Shown: piece after piece, positions 1-10,896 of the stretch
Layout of the letters: each line of letters starts with the position of its first letter
Numbering within the stretch: the stretch's first letter is position 1
Origin: Bacilli bacterium
GTDB taxonomy: Bacteria > Bacillota_I > Bacilli_A > RFN20 > CAG-826
Reading direction: 5' to 3'
Assembly (NCBI GenBank): GCA_045222195.1
Contig: JBGUXN010000019.1
Span: 1 to 58,225 of the forward strand
Length of the DNA: 58,225 bases
Program-made: the position numbers and the translations under genes
The notes under the pieces: model-generated
Database searches by the model: none
Told to the model about the DNA's origin: nothing
What the model saw: the letters and a program-made list of their open reading frames with translations, nothing else

Positions 1-2918
1 ATTTGACCGATGTTCATACGAGATGGAACGCCTAATGGGTTGAGCATGATGTCAACTGGGGTACCATCTGGAAGGAATGGCATATCGCATTCTGGTAAGA
101 TACGGGAGATAACACCCTTATTACCGTGACGACCAGACATCTTATCACCTTCGGAGATCTTTCTCTTTTGGACGATGTAGACTCTGACGACTTCGTTAAC
201 GCCTGGAGGCAATTCAACGTCTTTAGATTTACCTTCACGTTTGAAGATCTTAACATCTAAGACAATACCCGCACCACCGTGTGGGACTCTTAAGGAAGCA
301 TCTTTACCTTCATTGGTCTTTTCACCAAAGATGGCCATTAATAACTTGCCTTCTGGGGTTGGTTCACTTTGACCACGAGGAGTGACTTTACCGACTAAGA
401 TGTCGCCTTCTTTCACTTCAGCGCCAGGAACGATAATACCTCTTTCGTCTAAGTTAGCTTTAGCGGCTTCAGAGACATTAGGAATATCACGGGTGATTTC
501 TTCATCACCTAATTTAGGAATGCTACGGCATTCTAATTCGTATTTTTCAATGTGAATTGATGTATAGACGTCATCTTTCACTAATCTTTCAGACATGATG
601 ACAGCGTCTTCATAGTTATAGCCGTTCCAAGTCATGAAGGCGATTGTGACGTTTTGACCAAGGGCTAAATCACCATGATCCATGGCAGGACCATCAGCGA
701 TGATTTGACCTTTCTTAACTTTTTGACCAACTTTAACAATTGATGTTTGGTTAATGCAGGTACCTTGGTTACTTCTTTCGAATTTTTGTAATTGATAAAT
801 TCTTGGTTCAACGTTGCCAGCCTCTAAGATTTCAATGGTGCGGGAATCTGTATAAGTGACTGTACCATCTTCCACTGCTACCACGGCTAAACCTGAGTCA
901 CGGGCAATTTGATGTTCTAGACCAGTACCGACAAATGGGGCGTGTGGTCTAAGAAGTGGTAAGGCTTGACGTTGCATGTTAGAACCCATAAGAGCTCTCA
1001 TGGTATCGTCGTTTTCTAAGAATGGAATACAACCAGCGGCGATAGAAACGATTTGTTTTGGAGAAACGTCAACATAGTCAACATCTTCTCTACTCGCCAT
1101 GACGTTTTCGCCTTTATATCTCGCGATAACTTGTTCATCAAGGATTTCACCTTCTGGGGAAAGATTGATGTTGGCTTCAGCGATGACATAGTCCCATTCT
1201 TCGTCCGCGCTTAAGTAAACGGAATCTTCCGCTTCGCTTAAGACACGGCATGTCGCCTTATCTACGCGTCTATATGGTGTTTCAATAAATCCATATTTAT
1301 TTATTTTCGCGTATGAGGCGAGGTTATTGATTAAGCCGATGTTTTGACCTTCTGGAGTTTCAATTGGACAGATTCTCCCGTAGTGAGAAACGTGAACGTC
1401 ACGGACTTCAGTAGAAGCTCTATCTCTTGTTAAACCACCAGGACCTAAAGCGGATAATCTACGCTTATTGGTTAATTCGGCTAATGGGTTTGTTTGATCC
1501 ATGAATTGGCTTAATTGAGAAGACGCGAAGAATTCTCTAATTGAAGCGCTTAATGGACGTGGGTTGATTAAGGCTTTTGGTTTGACATTACCTAAATCGG
1601 AAATGGACATCTTTTGTTGGACGGTTTTGACCATTTTGGCTAAACCTAATCTGAATTGATTTTGAATTAATTCACCAACGCATCTGATTCTTCTATTACC
1701 TAAGTGATCGATATCATCGGTATCACCGAAGCCGTCCATAACGTTAAGGAAGTAGGAGAAACAAGCGAGGATGTCACAAATTGTGACATAAGAAGCTGTG
1801 CTATTTAAGTCAGTACCGATGATATGGCAGACCTTCTTTTCTCGATCATTGTTATAAACTTTGACGAGATTGATGACACCATGGTCGTCGAGTTTTTCAT
1901 TGACTTTAAGCTTCTTCATGTGAGCGCCTTTTTCAAAGAAGTCTTCATCTCTTAAAGCATCGACATCCGCGGCTGTAAGAGTATAGCCTTTTTTGAAACG
2001 CACTTCACCATCACTATCGACTAAGTTTTCCGCGAGGGTACGACCGGTCAAACGGTTATAGACGCCTAATTTCTTGATGTATTTAAAGCGACCAGCTCTA
2101 CCAAGGTCATAGTGTTTCGCATCGAAGAATTTTTGCACTAAGAAGTTGATTGTGCCTTCTTCGGTGACTGGTTCACCTGGTTTCATCTTCTTAAAGATTT
2201 CAACTAAAGCGAGCTTGCTAGATTTGATCTTTTGATCATCATCCTTGGCTAATGTATTTCTAAGAGCTTCAGAATCACCAAAGAGTTTGATGATATCGTT
2301 AGTTTCTTCTAAACCTAAAGCTCTTAAAAGAGTTGTGGCATTGAGTTTTCTTTGTCTATCGATACGGACACTTAATAAATCTTTAGTGCCGCTTTCGAAT
2401 TGTAACCATGTGCCACGGCCAGGAATTAAATCAGCTTCGTAAGTAACTTTACCGGTTTTGATGTCTTTTGTTAAAGACATATAAGCGCCTGGAGAACGAA
2501 CTAATTGACTAACGATGACACGTTCCGCACCATTGACGATGAATGTACCAGACTTGGTCATTAATGGGAATTCACCCATGTAGACTTCAGATTCTTGGAT
2601 TTCACCGGTATCATGGTGAGTTAAACGCAACATCACGTAAATAGGCGCACTATAGGTGAGGTCTTGAGCTTTACATTGTAAGAATGTATGCTTTGGTTCA
2701 CCAAAACGGATTGAGACGTAATCAATTGATAACGTATTTGTGTAGTTAACAATTGGGAAAGATTCTCTAAAGACTTCGTCTAATCCTTTTTCTTTAAACT
2801 CAGCGTATGATTTGGTTTGGATTTCAACTAAGTTTGGTAAAGGTAATTTACCGGAGATTTTGCTGTAATCGTAACGATCATTGTTAAGTTTATTTAAGTT
2901 CTCAATATTTCTAATCAT
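1..2918 (-). CDS. rpoB: RNA polymerase beta subunit (3' end outside the window)
   Basis: Manual translation: starts [34 protein letters not shown]; contains [68 protein letters not shown]; AAAGGAG RBS. Absent from the ORF track because it runs off the edge. Confidence 0.98.
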   Translation of the reverse strand, partial: MIRNIENLNKLNNDRYDYSKISGKLPLPNLVEIQTKSYAEFKEKGLDEVFRESFPIVNYTNTLSIDYVSIRFGEPKHTFLQCKAQDLTYSAPIYVMLRLTHHDTGEIQESEVYMGEFPLMTKSGTFIVNGAERVIVSQLVRSPGAYMSLTKDIKTGKVTYEADLIPGRGTWLQFESGTKDLLSVRIDRQRKLNATTLLRALGLEETNDIIKLFGDSEALRNTLAKDDDQKIKSSKLALVEIFKKMKPGEPVTEEGTINFLVQKFFDAKHYDLGRAGRFKYIKKLGVYNRLTGRTLAENLVDSDGEVRFKKGYTLTAADVDALRDEDFFEKGAHMKKLKVNEKLDDHGVINLVKVYNNDREKKVCHIIGTDLNSTASYVTICDILACFSYFLNVMDGFGDTDDIDHLGNRRIRCVGELIQNQFRLGLAKMVKTVQQKMSISDLGNVKPKALINPRPLSASIREFFASSQLSQFMDQTNPLAELTNKRRLSALGPGGLTRDRASTEVRDVHVSHYGRICPIETPEGQNIGLINNLASYAKINKYGFIETPYRRVDKATCRVLSEAEDSVYLSADEEWDYVIAEANINLSPEGEILDEQVIARYKGENVMASREDVDYVDVSPKQIVSIAAGCIPFLENDDTMRALMGSNMQRQALPLLRPHAPFVGTGLEHQIARDSGLAVVAVEDGTVTYTDSRTIEILEAGNVEPRIYQLQKFERSNQGTCINQTSIVKVGQKVKKGQIIADGPAMDHGDLALGQNVTIAFMTWNGYNYEDAVIMSERLVKDDVYTSIHIEKYELECRSIPKLGDEEITRDIPNVSEAAKANLDERGIIVPGAEVKEGDILVGKVTPRGQSEPTPEGKLLMAIFGEKTNEGKDASLRVPHGGAGIVLDVKIFKREGKSKDVELPPGVNEVVRVYIVQKRKISEGDKMSGRHGNKGVISRILPECDMPFLPDGTPVDIMLNPLGVPSRMNIGQ

Positions 2919-2938
2919 TATAATGGCTCCTTTATTTG

Positions 2939-3544
2939 CTAGATTTTGCTCTTTATAGCTTGATAGATGTGATAGCCCTTGTGTCTATCGAGGAGTGTGA
3001 TATTACCAAATATCGATTCGATGTATTTTGAAGCACTGTCTGCTCCTTGGGCTTTTCTGATGACAATATATAAAGAGCCGCCATCAATTAAGTATTGTTT
3101 ACTCTCCTCATACATGCGGTAAGTGACTGCCTTACCCGCACGAATTGGGGGATTCACAACAATTGAATCATATGGTCCTTCAATCTTTTCATAGATGTCA
3201 CTTTGAAGGATAGTGACTCGTTGGCTTAAGTTTAATAATTCAGCGTTCCTCCTGCACATATTGAGGGCGCGCGGATTAATATCAGCAAGGGTGACCCTTG
3301 CCTCTTTTTTAGCCATAGCAAGCGTTAAGCCAAGCGTGCCATAGCCACATCCTAAATCGAGGATGTTATTCCCAAGATCGAGGGGTAGCAAGACCCTTAA
3401 AAAGGCCAAACTACCCTCATCTACTTTATTCTTGGAAAAGACACCATTATCGGTGAGTAATTGCATAGAGAGACCGTTAACTTCGAAGTTGATCTGTTTA
3501 ATATTTGAAGCAAGATTAGGATCGTCTTTAAAGTAATGGCTCAT
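2939..3544 (-). CDS. Class I SAM-dependent methyltransferase, RsmC/YbxB-like
   Basis: [12 protein letters not shown] and NPPIRAGK motifs; conserved position between rplL and rpoB in Bacillota. Confidence 0.9.
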   Translation of the reverse strand: MSHYFKDDPNLASNIKQINFEVNGLSMQLLTDNGVFSKNKVDEGSLAFLRVLLPLDLGNNILDLGCGYGTLGLTLAMAKKEARVTLADINPRALNMCRRNAELLNLSQRVTILQSDIYEKIEGPYDSIVVNPPIRAGKAVTYRMYEESKQYLIDGGSLYIVIRKAQGADSASKYIESIFGNITLLDRHKGYHIYQAIKSKI

Positions 3545-3595
3545 TAGGCGAAATTACCCCCTATAGATAATGGATTAATGTTTGAAATTTGGAAC

Positions 3596-3970
3596 TTATT
3601 TAATTTCGAGTTCTGCACCAGCGGCTTCGAGAGCTTTCTTATGTTCTTCAGCTTCGACTGGGGAGATGTGTTCTTTGACGGCGACTGGAGCGCTGTCGAC
3701 TAATTTCTTAGCATCCATTAAGCCTAAACCTGTGATGGCTTGGACGGCTTTGATGACTTGAACTTTGGAAGCACCACAGCTCTTTAAGATTAAAGAAACT
3801 TCTGTTGGTCCTTTTTGTTCTTCTTCTTCAACTGGGGCAGCGGCAACACCCACTGGGGCGGCTGCTGTGACGCCGAATTCTGCTTCGACGGCTTTGACTA
3901 ATTCGTTTAATTCCACTACTGTCATTTCTTTTAATGCAGCAATGATTTCTTCATTTGTTAATTTTGCCAT
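3596..3970 (-). CDS. rplL: 50S ribosomal protein L7/L12
   Basis: [42 protein letters not shown]. Confidence 0.98.
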   Translation of the reverse strand: MAKLTNEEIIAALKEMTVVELNELVKAVEAEFGVTAAAPVGVAAAPVEEEEQKGPTEVSLILKSCGASKVQVIKAVQAITGLGLMDAKKLVDSAPVAVKEHISPVEAEEHKKALEAAGAELEIK

Positions 3971-3994
3971 GATAATAATCCTCCTAGATTGGCA

Positions 3995-4480
3995 TTACTT
4001 GTCCGCTACTGCCTTGACAGCGCAAGCGAAGGAGCGGATTGGTGCTTGTAAGCACGATAAGAACATGGAAATGAGACCTTCTTTGCCTGGAAGTTTCGCA
4101 ACTTCGAGCATGCCTTTGGCGTCGACGAATTTACCTTCGACGATGCCGCCTTTGACGATAAGAACATCTCTGTGTCTTTTAGCATATTTGGCGATGACCT
4201 TGGCACCAGCGATGACGTCAGTAGAGAAAACAATAGCGTTTGGACCACTTAAGATGTCGTTTAATTCGTTATAGCCTAATTCGTCAACAGCACGTTCAAC
4301 AAGAGAGTTCTTGTAGACGTTCATTTCAGCGTTTTCTTTACGGAGAGCGCGTCTAACTTCTTGAATTTGGGCAACGGTTAAACCACGGTATTCACAAACG
4401 ATAATGGTTTGGCTCTTTTTCGCTTTTTCACTGATTTCCTTAACGGTCTCGGATTTAGCGGCTAAGACTGCTTGATTCAT
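3995..4480 (-). CDS. rplJ: 50S ribosomal protein L10
   Basis: EYRGLTVAQIQEVRRALR, VYKNSL, LSGPNAI, KGGIVEG. Confidence 0.98.
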   Translation of the reverse strand: MNQAVLAAKSETVKEISEKAKKSQTIIVCEYRGLTVAQIQEVRRALRKENAEMNVYKNSLVERAVDELGYNELNDILSGPNAIVFSTDVIAGAKVIAKYAKRHRDVLIVKGGIVEGKFVDAKGMLEVAKLPGKEGLISMFLSCLQAPIRSFACAVKAVADK

Positions 4481-4509
4481 ATTCTTGACCTCCTTTTTCT
4501 AAAATTTTG

Positions 4510-4600
4510 ATTTTTGAGGCTCCAATATACGGTGGGCATTTATGCATACGCCTCGGTAACATTATTAAGACTATGTCGTCCGTTACTGTCTTAGGTATAT
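4510..4600 (-). promoter_or_regulatory. L10 leader (autoregulatory RNA)
   Basis: Minus strand reads CCTAAGACAGTAAC...TTAA...GTTACCGAGG, matching the AAGAC...TTAA...CGAGG core of the L10 leader, directly upstream of rplJ; boundaries approximate. Confidence 0.85.
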
Positions 4601-4615
4601 TGTGCTTTTTAATAA

Positions 4616-5299
4616 TTAACGACCAGCAAATGTGAATTGAATGGCTGGACCCATGGTCGTATGGATGACAGCTTTCTTGAAGAAGACGCCTTTAACTGCG
4701 GCTGGTTTAGCTTTGATAACTGCTTCAACTAAAGCCTTTAAGTTTTCAACGACTTTTTCAGTGTCGAAACTAACGCGGGCGATACAAACGTGCATGTTTG
4801 CTTCCTTGTCAACACGGTATTCGACTTTACCGGCTTTGATTTCTTTAATCGCTTTGGCGATATCTGGGGAGACGGTACCAGTCTTTGGGTTTGGCATTAA
4901 GCCTTTAGGACCTAAGACTCTACCTAATCTACCGATTAAACCCATCATGTTTGGTGTGGCAACGATTGTATCGTAATCAAACCAGTTTTCCTTTTGGATT
5001 TTATCGAGCATTTCTTGGCCACCAGCGAAATCAGCACCAGCGGCTAAAGCATCATCAACTTTGTCGGTAATGGCTAACACTCTTTTTGTTTTACCATTGC
5101 CATGTGGGAGAATGAGAGTTCCTCTGACTTGTTGATCAGCTTGCTTTGGATCGACATTGAGTCTGAAGCTAACGTCAATTGTGGCATCGAACTTCACGGT
5201 GGAAGTTTCTTTCACTAACGCACAAGCTTCTTCGATTGTGTAAAGTTTGTTGGCATCGACTTTTTCAGCGACGGCTCTGTATTTTTTGCTTCTAACCAT
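4616..5299 (-). CDS. rplA: 50S ribosomal protein L1
   Basis: [43 protein letters not shown]. Confidence 0.98.
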   Translation of the reverse strand: MVRSKKYRAVAEKVDANKLYTIEEACALVKETSTVKFDATIDVSFRLNVDPKQADQQVRGTLILPHGNGKTKRVLAITDKVDDALAAGADFAGGQEMLDKIQKENWFDYDTIVATPNMMGLIGRLGRVLGPKGLMPNPKTGTVSPDIAKAIKEIKAGKVEYRVDKEANMHVCIARVSFDTEKVVENLKALVEAVIKAKPAAVKGVFFKKAVIHTTMGPAIQFTFAGR

Positions 5300-5310
5300 T
5301 GCTAATTACC

Positions 5311-5721
5311 TTAGTCAACGACCACAACGCCCATATTGTTGGCGCTGCCTTCAACGATCTTCATAGCTGCCTCAATGTCATCGCAGTTGAGATCTGGGAG
5401 CTTATATTCAGCGATTTGTCTGAGTTGAGCTCTTGTGATTTTGCCAACTTGGGTTTTTCTACCAGTGGCAGAACCTTTTTGAATGCCAGCAGCTTTTAAG
5501 ATTAAACCCGCTACTGGAGAGGTTTTGATGACGAAGTCGCAGGACTTGTCTTCATAAGCTGTGATAATGACTGGAACGATTTCGCCTTTTCTATCAGCGG
5601 TCTTAGCATTGAAATCTGTGCAGAATTTACCCATGTTAACACCAGCAGAAGCGAGTTTTGGACCTGGTTTTGCTTCACCACCAGGAAGTTCCATCTTCAC
5701 GACTTTTGCGATTTTCTTCAC
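5311..5721 (-). CDS. rplK: 50S ribosomal protein L11
   Basis: GTG start after AAGGAGG; GVNMGKFCTDFNAKT, KLPDLN, GSANNMG. Confidence 0.97.
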   Translation of the reverse strand: MKKIAKVVKMELPGGEAKPGPKLASAGVNMGKFCTDFNAKTADRKGEIVPVIITAYEDKSCDFVIKTSPVAGLILKAAGIQKGSATGRKTQVGKITRAQLRQIAEYKLPDLNCDDIEAAMKIVEGSANNMGVVVVD

Positions 5722-5758
5722 GTGACTTTCCTCCTTGTATGTGTAGATTTGTCAGTGC

Positions 5759-5792
5759 CGTGGTTTATTGAGTGATCGCCACTCTTCCACGG
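5759..5792 (-). promoter_or_regulatory. Probable L1-binding leader hairpin upstream of rplK
   Basis: Minus strand CCGTGGAAGAGTG-GCGAT-CACTCAATAAACCACGG: two stems with a purine-rich asymmetric internal loop, like L1 operators. Confidence 0.7.
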
Positions 5793-5953
5793 AACAACTT
5801 GTTTTCCCATGTGCGTATACGCTCTCTCATAGCGCAAGGCAACATGCTTTAATAGATTATCAAAATACGTATGTGCGTGGCAAGAACTTTTTTAAAAATG
5901 TTTCTATTTGTGTGTTACATGTAACTTTCAAATCATTAATGATTTGTTTATAT

Positions 5954-5982
5954 TTGACTTTTATATTTAGCAAGTGTATTAT
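5954..5982 (+). promoter_or_regulatory. Sigma-A promoter for trkH-trkA
   Basis: TTGACT-N17-TATTAT ending 13 nt before ATG 5996. Confidence 0.65.
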
Positions 5983-5995
5983 ATCGGCAGCAATT

Positions 5996-7429
5996 ATGGT
6001 CAAAAAACAGTTCCAACTCAATCCATATTTACTATTGATTATTTCCTTCTTAGGCATTACCTTAGTCGGTTCATTTTTACTCAGTATGCCTTGGGCATTT
6101 AGAAATAACCCATCACATGAATGGTGTCATGTCGGTAATTATTTGGATGCCTTCTTTACTTCCTTAGCATCGATGAGCTTGACTGGTTTTGTCACCTATC
6201 CAGAAGGTTTAGCAAATACCCTTTCATTAGCGGGACAAATCGTTGTCTTAGTCTTAATGCAAATCGGTGGATTAGGGGCGATTACAATTTTAACCTTCTT
6301 ATTCACTACATTTAAGAGAAAGTTACAGTTCAAAGATCGACTCTTTATTTCACAAGCTATCGCCTTTAATGATTTCAGTGAAATCGCAAGATTTGTCCGT
6401 CGTATGATGATCATTACCGCGGTATGTGAATTATTAGGATTTGGTTTAGGTATCCCTGTTTTCTTACAGGTATTTCCTAACGATATATTAAAAGGATTGT
6501 ATTTTTCCTTATTCCATAGCATCAGCGCTTTTAACAATGTTGGCTTTACTTTATTCAACGCGAATGAAGGCTTATTAGAAGGTATTAACGCGGCGGGTGG
6601 AACGATGATTGGCGCTGATAACTGGTTATACTACTATTTCACAATTTATCTAGCGGTTTTATCCCTCATTGGTGGCGTTTCATTCTTAGTTATTATCGAT
6701 GTCGTCTTTGGTAGAAAACCACCACGTCGTTGGTCCGTCATTACCAAGATTTGTTTATCGATGACATTAATTATGATTGTCTTCTTCACTGGTTGTTTAT
6801 TCTTAACCGATGGTTTGAAGAAAGAAAATCCAATGAATTTATATGAAGCTTTGATGCAAGTTGTTAACTGTAGAACCGCCGGATTTAGCATGTATCCTCA
6901 AAGCGATATCTCTTTACCAGGCAGAATGCTTTGCTGCTTAATGATGTTTATTGGTGGCGCACCACTTTCCACTGCTGGTGGAATTAAGTTAACAACGTTA
7001 TTCGTTATCGTTTTATCCATCATCTCTTATTTTAGAGGTAAAAGAGTAGCGGTCTTTAAACGTTACTATTCTGAAAGTATGACCGCGAAATCATTATCAT
7101 TAGTGTTTATCGTTTTATTACTTCTTGTTTTAGCGTTCATCTCTTTGAACTTATTTGGTTTAAAAGAAACGGCTGAACCACTTAACGATAAAATTGAAAA
7201 TGAATTAATTACCTATTACTTATACGAAGTATTTTCCGCATTTAGTAATGTTGGTTTCTATACTGGACTTGAATCTCACCTCTCAACAGGTTCATTAATT
7301 GTTTTATGTTTATTAATGCTTTTAGGTCACTTGGGACCTATGACATTCTTCCAATTATTCCAAAATCATTTAGACAAAAAGGCCAATGTGCATTATAGTT
7401 TTGTTGAAGAAGATTTCTTAATTGGCTAA
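5996..7429 (+). CDS. trkH: Trk/Ktr K+ uptake membrane subunit (TrkH/KtrB family)
   Basis: Four pore loops (SLTGF, FNNVGF, RTAGF, SNVGF), MQIGGLG, STAGGIK, C-terminal EEDFLIG; start moved from 5768 to ATG 5996 downstream of the promoter. Confidence 0.93.
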   Translation: MVKKQFQLNPYLLLIISFLGITLVGSFLLSMPWAFRNNPSHEWCHVGNYLDAFFTSLASMSLTGFVTYPEGLANTLSLAGQIVVLVLMQIGGLGAITILTFLFTTFKRKLQFKDRLFISQAIAFNDFSEIARFVRRMMIITAVCELLGFGLGIPVFLQVFPNDILKGLYFSLFHSISAFNNVGFTLFNANEGLLEGINAAGGTMIGADNWLYYYFTIYLAVLSLIGGVSFLVIIDVVFGRKPPRRWSVITKICLSMTLIMIVFFTGCLFLTDGLKKENPMNLYEALMQVVNCRTAGFSMYPQSDISLPGRMLCCLMMFIGGAPLSTAGGIKLTTLFVIVLSIISYFRGKRVAVFKRYYSESMTAKSLSLVFIVLLLLVLAFISLNLFGLKETAEPLNDKIENELITYYLYEVFSAFSNVGFYTGLESHLSTGSLIVLCLLMLLGHLGPMTFFQLFQNHLDKKANVHYSFVEEDFLIG

Positions 7430-7448
7430 CTAAAGGAGGATATTCCCT

Positions 7449-8132
7449 ATGGCTCAATCCAAAAAATCATTCGCTGTTATCGGTTTAGGACAATTCGGTA
7501 TTTCCGTTGTTGAAGAATTAGTCGGTAACGGCATGGACGTCATCGCGATTGATAACGATGAAGAAGCAGTTAAAAAGATTTCTAGCTTGCTTCCGACTGT
7601 CGCTGTCGCTAACGCTACTGACGAAGAAAGTTTAAAAGAATTAGGCATCAAAGATGTCGATAGCGCCATTGTCGCTTTCGGTTCTCATATCGAAGCTTCT
7701 ATTTTAACTACCGTTATTCTCAAAGAATTAGGTGTTAAATCTATCGTTGTTCGTGTCGATGATCCTTACTATTTATCCATTCTTAAAAAATTAGGCGCTA
7801 CTGAAGTTATCATGCCACAAAAAGCGGCAGGTATTGCTTTAGCAAATAGATTAGGTAACGAAGACTTTAAAGACTTCTATAAGTTAGATGATAAGTATTC
7901 TGTCGTTTCTATCGTCATTAATAGCGCTTATGTGCCACAACAATTAAAGAACTTAGCCACTAAAGATAAATATGGCGTCAACGTTGTTTTAATCAATAGA
8001 AACGGCCGTTCTTTCGTTCCAGGTGGTAATGACTCATTACTTCCAGATGACACTATCTTCGTTGTCGGTGGCAACAAAGAAATTAGAGACTTCAGAGAAG
8101 CCATCAATGGCAACAAGAAGAAAAAGAAATAA
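7449..8132 (+). CDS. trkA: Trk/Ktr regulatory RCK subunit (TrkA/KtrA family)
   Basis: FAVIGLGQFG Rossmann motif, RCK_C tail, AAAGGAGG RBS, adjacent to trkH. Confidence 0.93.
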   Translation: MAQSKKSFAVIGLGQFGISVVEELVGNGMDVIAIDNDEEAVKKISSLLPTVAVANATDEESLKELGIKDVDSAIVAFGSHIEASILTTVILKELGVKSIVVRVDDPYYLSILKKLGATEVIMPQKAAGIALANRLGNEDFKDFYKLDDKYSVVSIVINSAYVPQQLKNLATKDKYGVNVVLINRNGRSFVPGGNDSLLPDDTIFVVGGNKEIRDFREAINGNKKKKK

Positions 8133-8152
8133 TCTCCCTCAAAGATTAAAAC

Positions 8153-8177
8153 AAAACCAGCTATAAGCTGGTTTTTT
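8153..8177. terminator. Bidirectional intrinsic terminator
   Basis: AAAACCAGC-TATAA-GCTGGTTTTTT between convergent genes. Confidence 0.85.
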
Positions 8178-8688
8178 AAATGATTCTAATCTTATCTTTA
8201 TCAAGTTGTTCTTTGAAATATGGATGCATCTGCGAACCAAAAGTCACTATATCAACTTTTTTATTTAATGCATTTTCAAGTTCTTCTTGAAATCCAACCA
8301 AATCTAACAAAGATGCAACATCACCATTGTCGCAAAATAAATCCACATCACTATGGTCAGTTGCTTCCCCTCTAGAGTAACTACCAAATAAATACACATC
8401 ATTAATTTTATGCTTTTTCATGACGGGTTTGATTCTCTCTCTAATCTCATCAATTGTGTATATGGCAAAAGATATATTAGGGTCACCAAAAAGGACTTCT
8501 TGAGCATCAAGCTTTAATGCTTCAGCATACTTAAAAAGCGTCTCAATTGTAATGTCGTTTTTACCGGTTTCAACTTTCGCTATAGTGGAGTGATCTTTAT
8601 AACCCATTCGTTTAGCGAGTTCACTTTGTGATAAACCTTTTTGAATTCTAATGGTTTTCAATCTATTACCAAATTCTTTTTTGTTCAT
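8176..8688 (-). CDS. XRE-family HTH fused to a minimal nucleotidyltransferase (MNT) domain
   Basis: N-term RLKTIRIQKGLSQSELAKRMG...IAKVETG; C-term YLFGSYSRGEATDHSDVDL and KKVDIV. Confidence 0.88.
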   Translation of the reverse strand: MNKKEFGNRLKTIRIQKGLSQSELAKRMGYKDHSTIAKVETGKNDITIETLFKYAEALKLDAQEVLFGDPNISFAIYTIDEIRERIKPVMKKHKINDVYLFGSYSRGEATDHSDVDLFCDNGDVASLLDLVGFQEELENALNKKVDIVTFGSQMHPYFKEQLDKDKIRII

Positions 8689-8706
8689 AATTTCATTCCT
8701 TTCTTT

Positions 8707-8736
8707 ATTATATGTGATTATTAATCAATATGTTAA
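8707..8736 (-). promoter_or_regulatory. Promoter with palindromic operator for the XRE-MNT gene
   Basis: Minus strand TTAACA-N18-TATAAT; the spacer contains the TGATTA-N-TAATCA palindrome (8715-8727). Confidence 0.55.
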
Positions 8737-8741
8737 GTTTT

Positions 8742-8768
8742 AAAAAACCAGCATTGTCGCTGGTCTTT
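8742..8768 (-). terminator. Intrinsic terminator after nusG
   Basis: ACCAGC-N6-GCTGGT stem followed by a T-run on the minus strand. Confidence 0.75.
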
Positions 8769-8786
8769 GTTAATTGCTTTAAGTAA

Positions 8787-9404
8787 TTAGATCTTATCGA
8801 TTTCTGAGAAGTCGACTTCGACTTTAGTGGCTCTACCGAAGAAGATTGTTTCGAGTTCCACCACTTTGGTATCTCTATTGATAGAAAGGATTCTACCTTC
8901 GGTACCTTCAAGTGGTCCATGGATAACTTTGACATAGTCATCAATGTTATATCTTTCGAACATATCAGCGTCGATTTCACCCATTCTCTTAAGAACTGGT
9001 TCAATTTGTTCTCTTGGAATTGGGAATGGTTTTGTACCTTTACCAGAACTACCGACGAAACCGGTAACGCCTGGAGTATTACGGACAACATACCAAGCAT
9101 AGTCTGTCATGATCATTTCTACGAAGACATAACCAGGATATAAGTTTTTCATTCTGGTTTTATCAGTTGGCATACCATCTTTCATGACTGGTACTTCTTG
9201 TTCGGCAACGATAATACGGAAAATAAGATCTTGTAAGCCCATAGATTCAACACGACGTTGAAGATTGACTTTGACTTTATTTTCGTGGGTGGAATATGTG
9301 TTAACCACGTACCACGCTTTTTCGCCTAACGTAGCGGTACTTTCGCCTTCACTTAAATCAGTGGTACTATCAGTAAATTTTATTTCTTTTGCTTCATCTG
9401 CCAT
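8787..9404 (-). CDS. nusG: Transcription termination/antitermination factor NusG
   Basis: WYVVNTYS, YPGYVFVEM, VRNTPGVTGFVG, KOW motif GPLEG. Confidence 0.98.
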   Translation of the reverse strand: MADEAKEIKFTDSTTDLSEGESTATLGEKAWYVVNTYSTHENKVKVNLQRRVESMGLQDLIFRIIVAEQEVPVMKDGMPTDKTRMKNLYPGYVFVEMIMTDYAWYVVRNTPGVTGFVGSSGKGTKPFPIPREQIEPVLKRMGEIDADMFERYNIDDYVKVIHGPLEGTEGRILSINRDTKVVELETIFFGRATKVEVDFSEIDKI

Positions 9405-9419
9405 TGTTAGTACCTCCGA

Positions 9420-9605
9420 TTAGAACGCTTTCTTTAAAACATCGATTAAGGCTTTGCCTAAAGCATCTTCGCCCATAAGGATAAGACCTGTTAAAGCGGC
9501 GATAATAACGACAACGATAATTGATGGAATTAATACTTCTCTTTTAGGCCAACGAACACGTTTGCCTTCTTTGATGACATCTTGAGCGAACTTTTTAACA
9601 CCCAT
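9420..9605 (-). CDS. secE: Preprotein translocase subunit SecE
   Basis: EGKRVRWP plus one TM helix, between rpmG and nusG. Confidence 0.93.
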   Translation of the reverse strand: MGVKKFAQDVIKEGKRVRWPKREVLIPSIIVVVIIAALTGLILMGEDALGKALIDVLKKAF

Positions 9606-9622
9606 AATGACTTCCTCCTAGA

Positions 9623-9769
9623 TTACTTACTTATTTTATGTAAGGTCATCTTGTTACAATGCTTACAATACTTTTTGATTTGAAGGTTTTTAGCACCTTC
9701 CTTTTTAATTGTGGTTGTGTAGTTACGAGAGAGGCACTCTTCGCAAATCAAAAGAACTTTTTCTCTCAT
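9623..9769 (-). CDS. rpmG: 50S ribosomal protein L33 (Zn-binding type)
   Basis: Manual translation [48 protein letters not shown] (48 aa, below the ORF-track cutoff). Confidence 0.95.
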   Translation of the reverse strand: MREKVLLICEECLSRNYTTTIKKEGAKNLQIKKYCKHCNKMTLHKISK

Positions 9770-9807
9770 CTCCTGACCCCCTATTACAATTAACTTTCAA
9801 TAACATA

Positions 9808-10113
9808 TCAAATTGCTAATATTTTGTAAAGAAAATTAATTATCTTTACAGTAATTTGGCTGTTTGAAGTAGCAGGATCTTCTGGTCCAAGGACCATGAT
9901 AACAATGAAGCAAGCGATGATCAAAAGCATCAAAACACCAATGATAATAGCGATGGCCCAAGGGAAGTGCATTGTCTCTTTTCTTTCATCGACAGGCACT
10001 ACTTCTGTTTCATCTAATTCTTTGTCTTTTAGAGTCTTTTGGAGCTCATCTTTTTCATCGTATTGATGATCATCTTCAATATTTTCAATATTGTTGTTCT
10101 TTTCTTCTAACAT
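9808..10113 (-). CDS. Hypothetical single-pass membrane protein with acidic N-terminus
   Basis: 2 nt after the folT stop, GAGGT RBS, one strong TM helix. Confidence 0.7.
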   Translation of the reverse strand: MLEEKNNNIENIEDDHQYDEKDELQKTLKDKELDETEVVPVDERKETMHFPWAIAIIIGVLMLLIIACFIVIMVLGPEDPATSNSQITVKIINFLYKILAI

Positions 10114-10115
10114 AA

Positions 10116-10889
10116 CTACCTCACAAAATACTTCTTAGTGAATCTCATAAATGTAGAGATAAATAACGTATCTAGCATGACGTTAACAAACATCACCATC
10201 GCTTGACAGAGAATAATCGCTAAAAAGGTGGCAAAACCAAAAGCCCAAGCTTTCATCACTGAACCAAATAAAACGATGATTGATATATCGCATAGTAACG
10301 ATGCGAAACATATGTGTAATGGGCTCATGTATGGATTCTCATCTTTACTCTTCACTAGTAAGGAGAAGAGAATTACGCCTATAAACATCACCCCTAAGAT
10401 GCTAGGAATGAGAATTTTACTTAATAATGGAACATCATAAGTGGAGGAGAAAAGAGTGATTTTTTCACTCAAAATAACGAATAAAGAAACCCCCACCCAG
10501 ATGAGTGATAAAGTAGCGATTTCGATACCGGCGATGGCCTTACGATTTTTGACACTGAACACGAGTGAAAAAATAAAATAAGCAAGGAAACCAAGAAGGG
10601 TATAAATTGCAGTAATTTGAAGGTATGGCGGATACATTCTTGGATCGAAAATTAAATAGCCCAAAAGATCGCTTCCCATACCGATGAGCGCTCCATAAAT
10701 TGGGCCTAATAAAACAGAGGCAAAAATGATTAAAGCAGGACCCCCAAATGAGATACGAACAAAGGGCGCAAAAGCGAGATAATTAACCGCGACAACTTTT
10801 TGAAGAATAACGATGAGCGCCATAAAAAGACCAGAGAGGCAAATCTTCTGGATGACGGTCAAATTAGTCTTAAAAAATTGCAGTTTCAT
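10116..10889 (-). CDS. ECF transporter S component, probably folate-specific (FolT-like)
   Basis: VRISFG, LLGPIYGALIG..SDLLG pattern; multi-TM; follows folC. Confidence 0.8.
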   Translation of the reverse strand: MKLQFFKTNLTVIQKICLSGLFMALIVILQKVVAVNYLAFAPFVRISFGGPALIIFASVLLGPIYGALIGMGSDLLGYLIFDPRMYPPYLQITAIYTLLGFLAYFIFSLVFSVKNRKAIAGIEIATLSLIWVGVSLFVILSEKITLFSSTYDVPLLSKILIPSILGVMFIGVILFSLLVKSKDENPYMSPLHICFASLLCDISIIVLFGSVMKAWAFGFATFLAIILCQAMVMFVNVMLDTLFISTFMRFTKKYFVR

Positions 10890-10896
10890 TTTAACC

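Noticed and set aside
5768-5995. 76-codon N-terminal extension of TrkH in the ORF track
   Set aside because: Overlaps the rplK leader and a good promoter; the family-like sequence starts at ATG 5996
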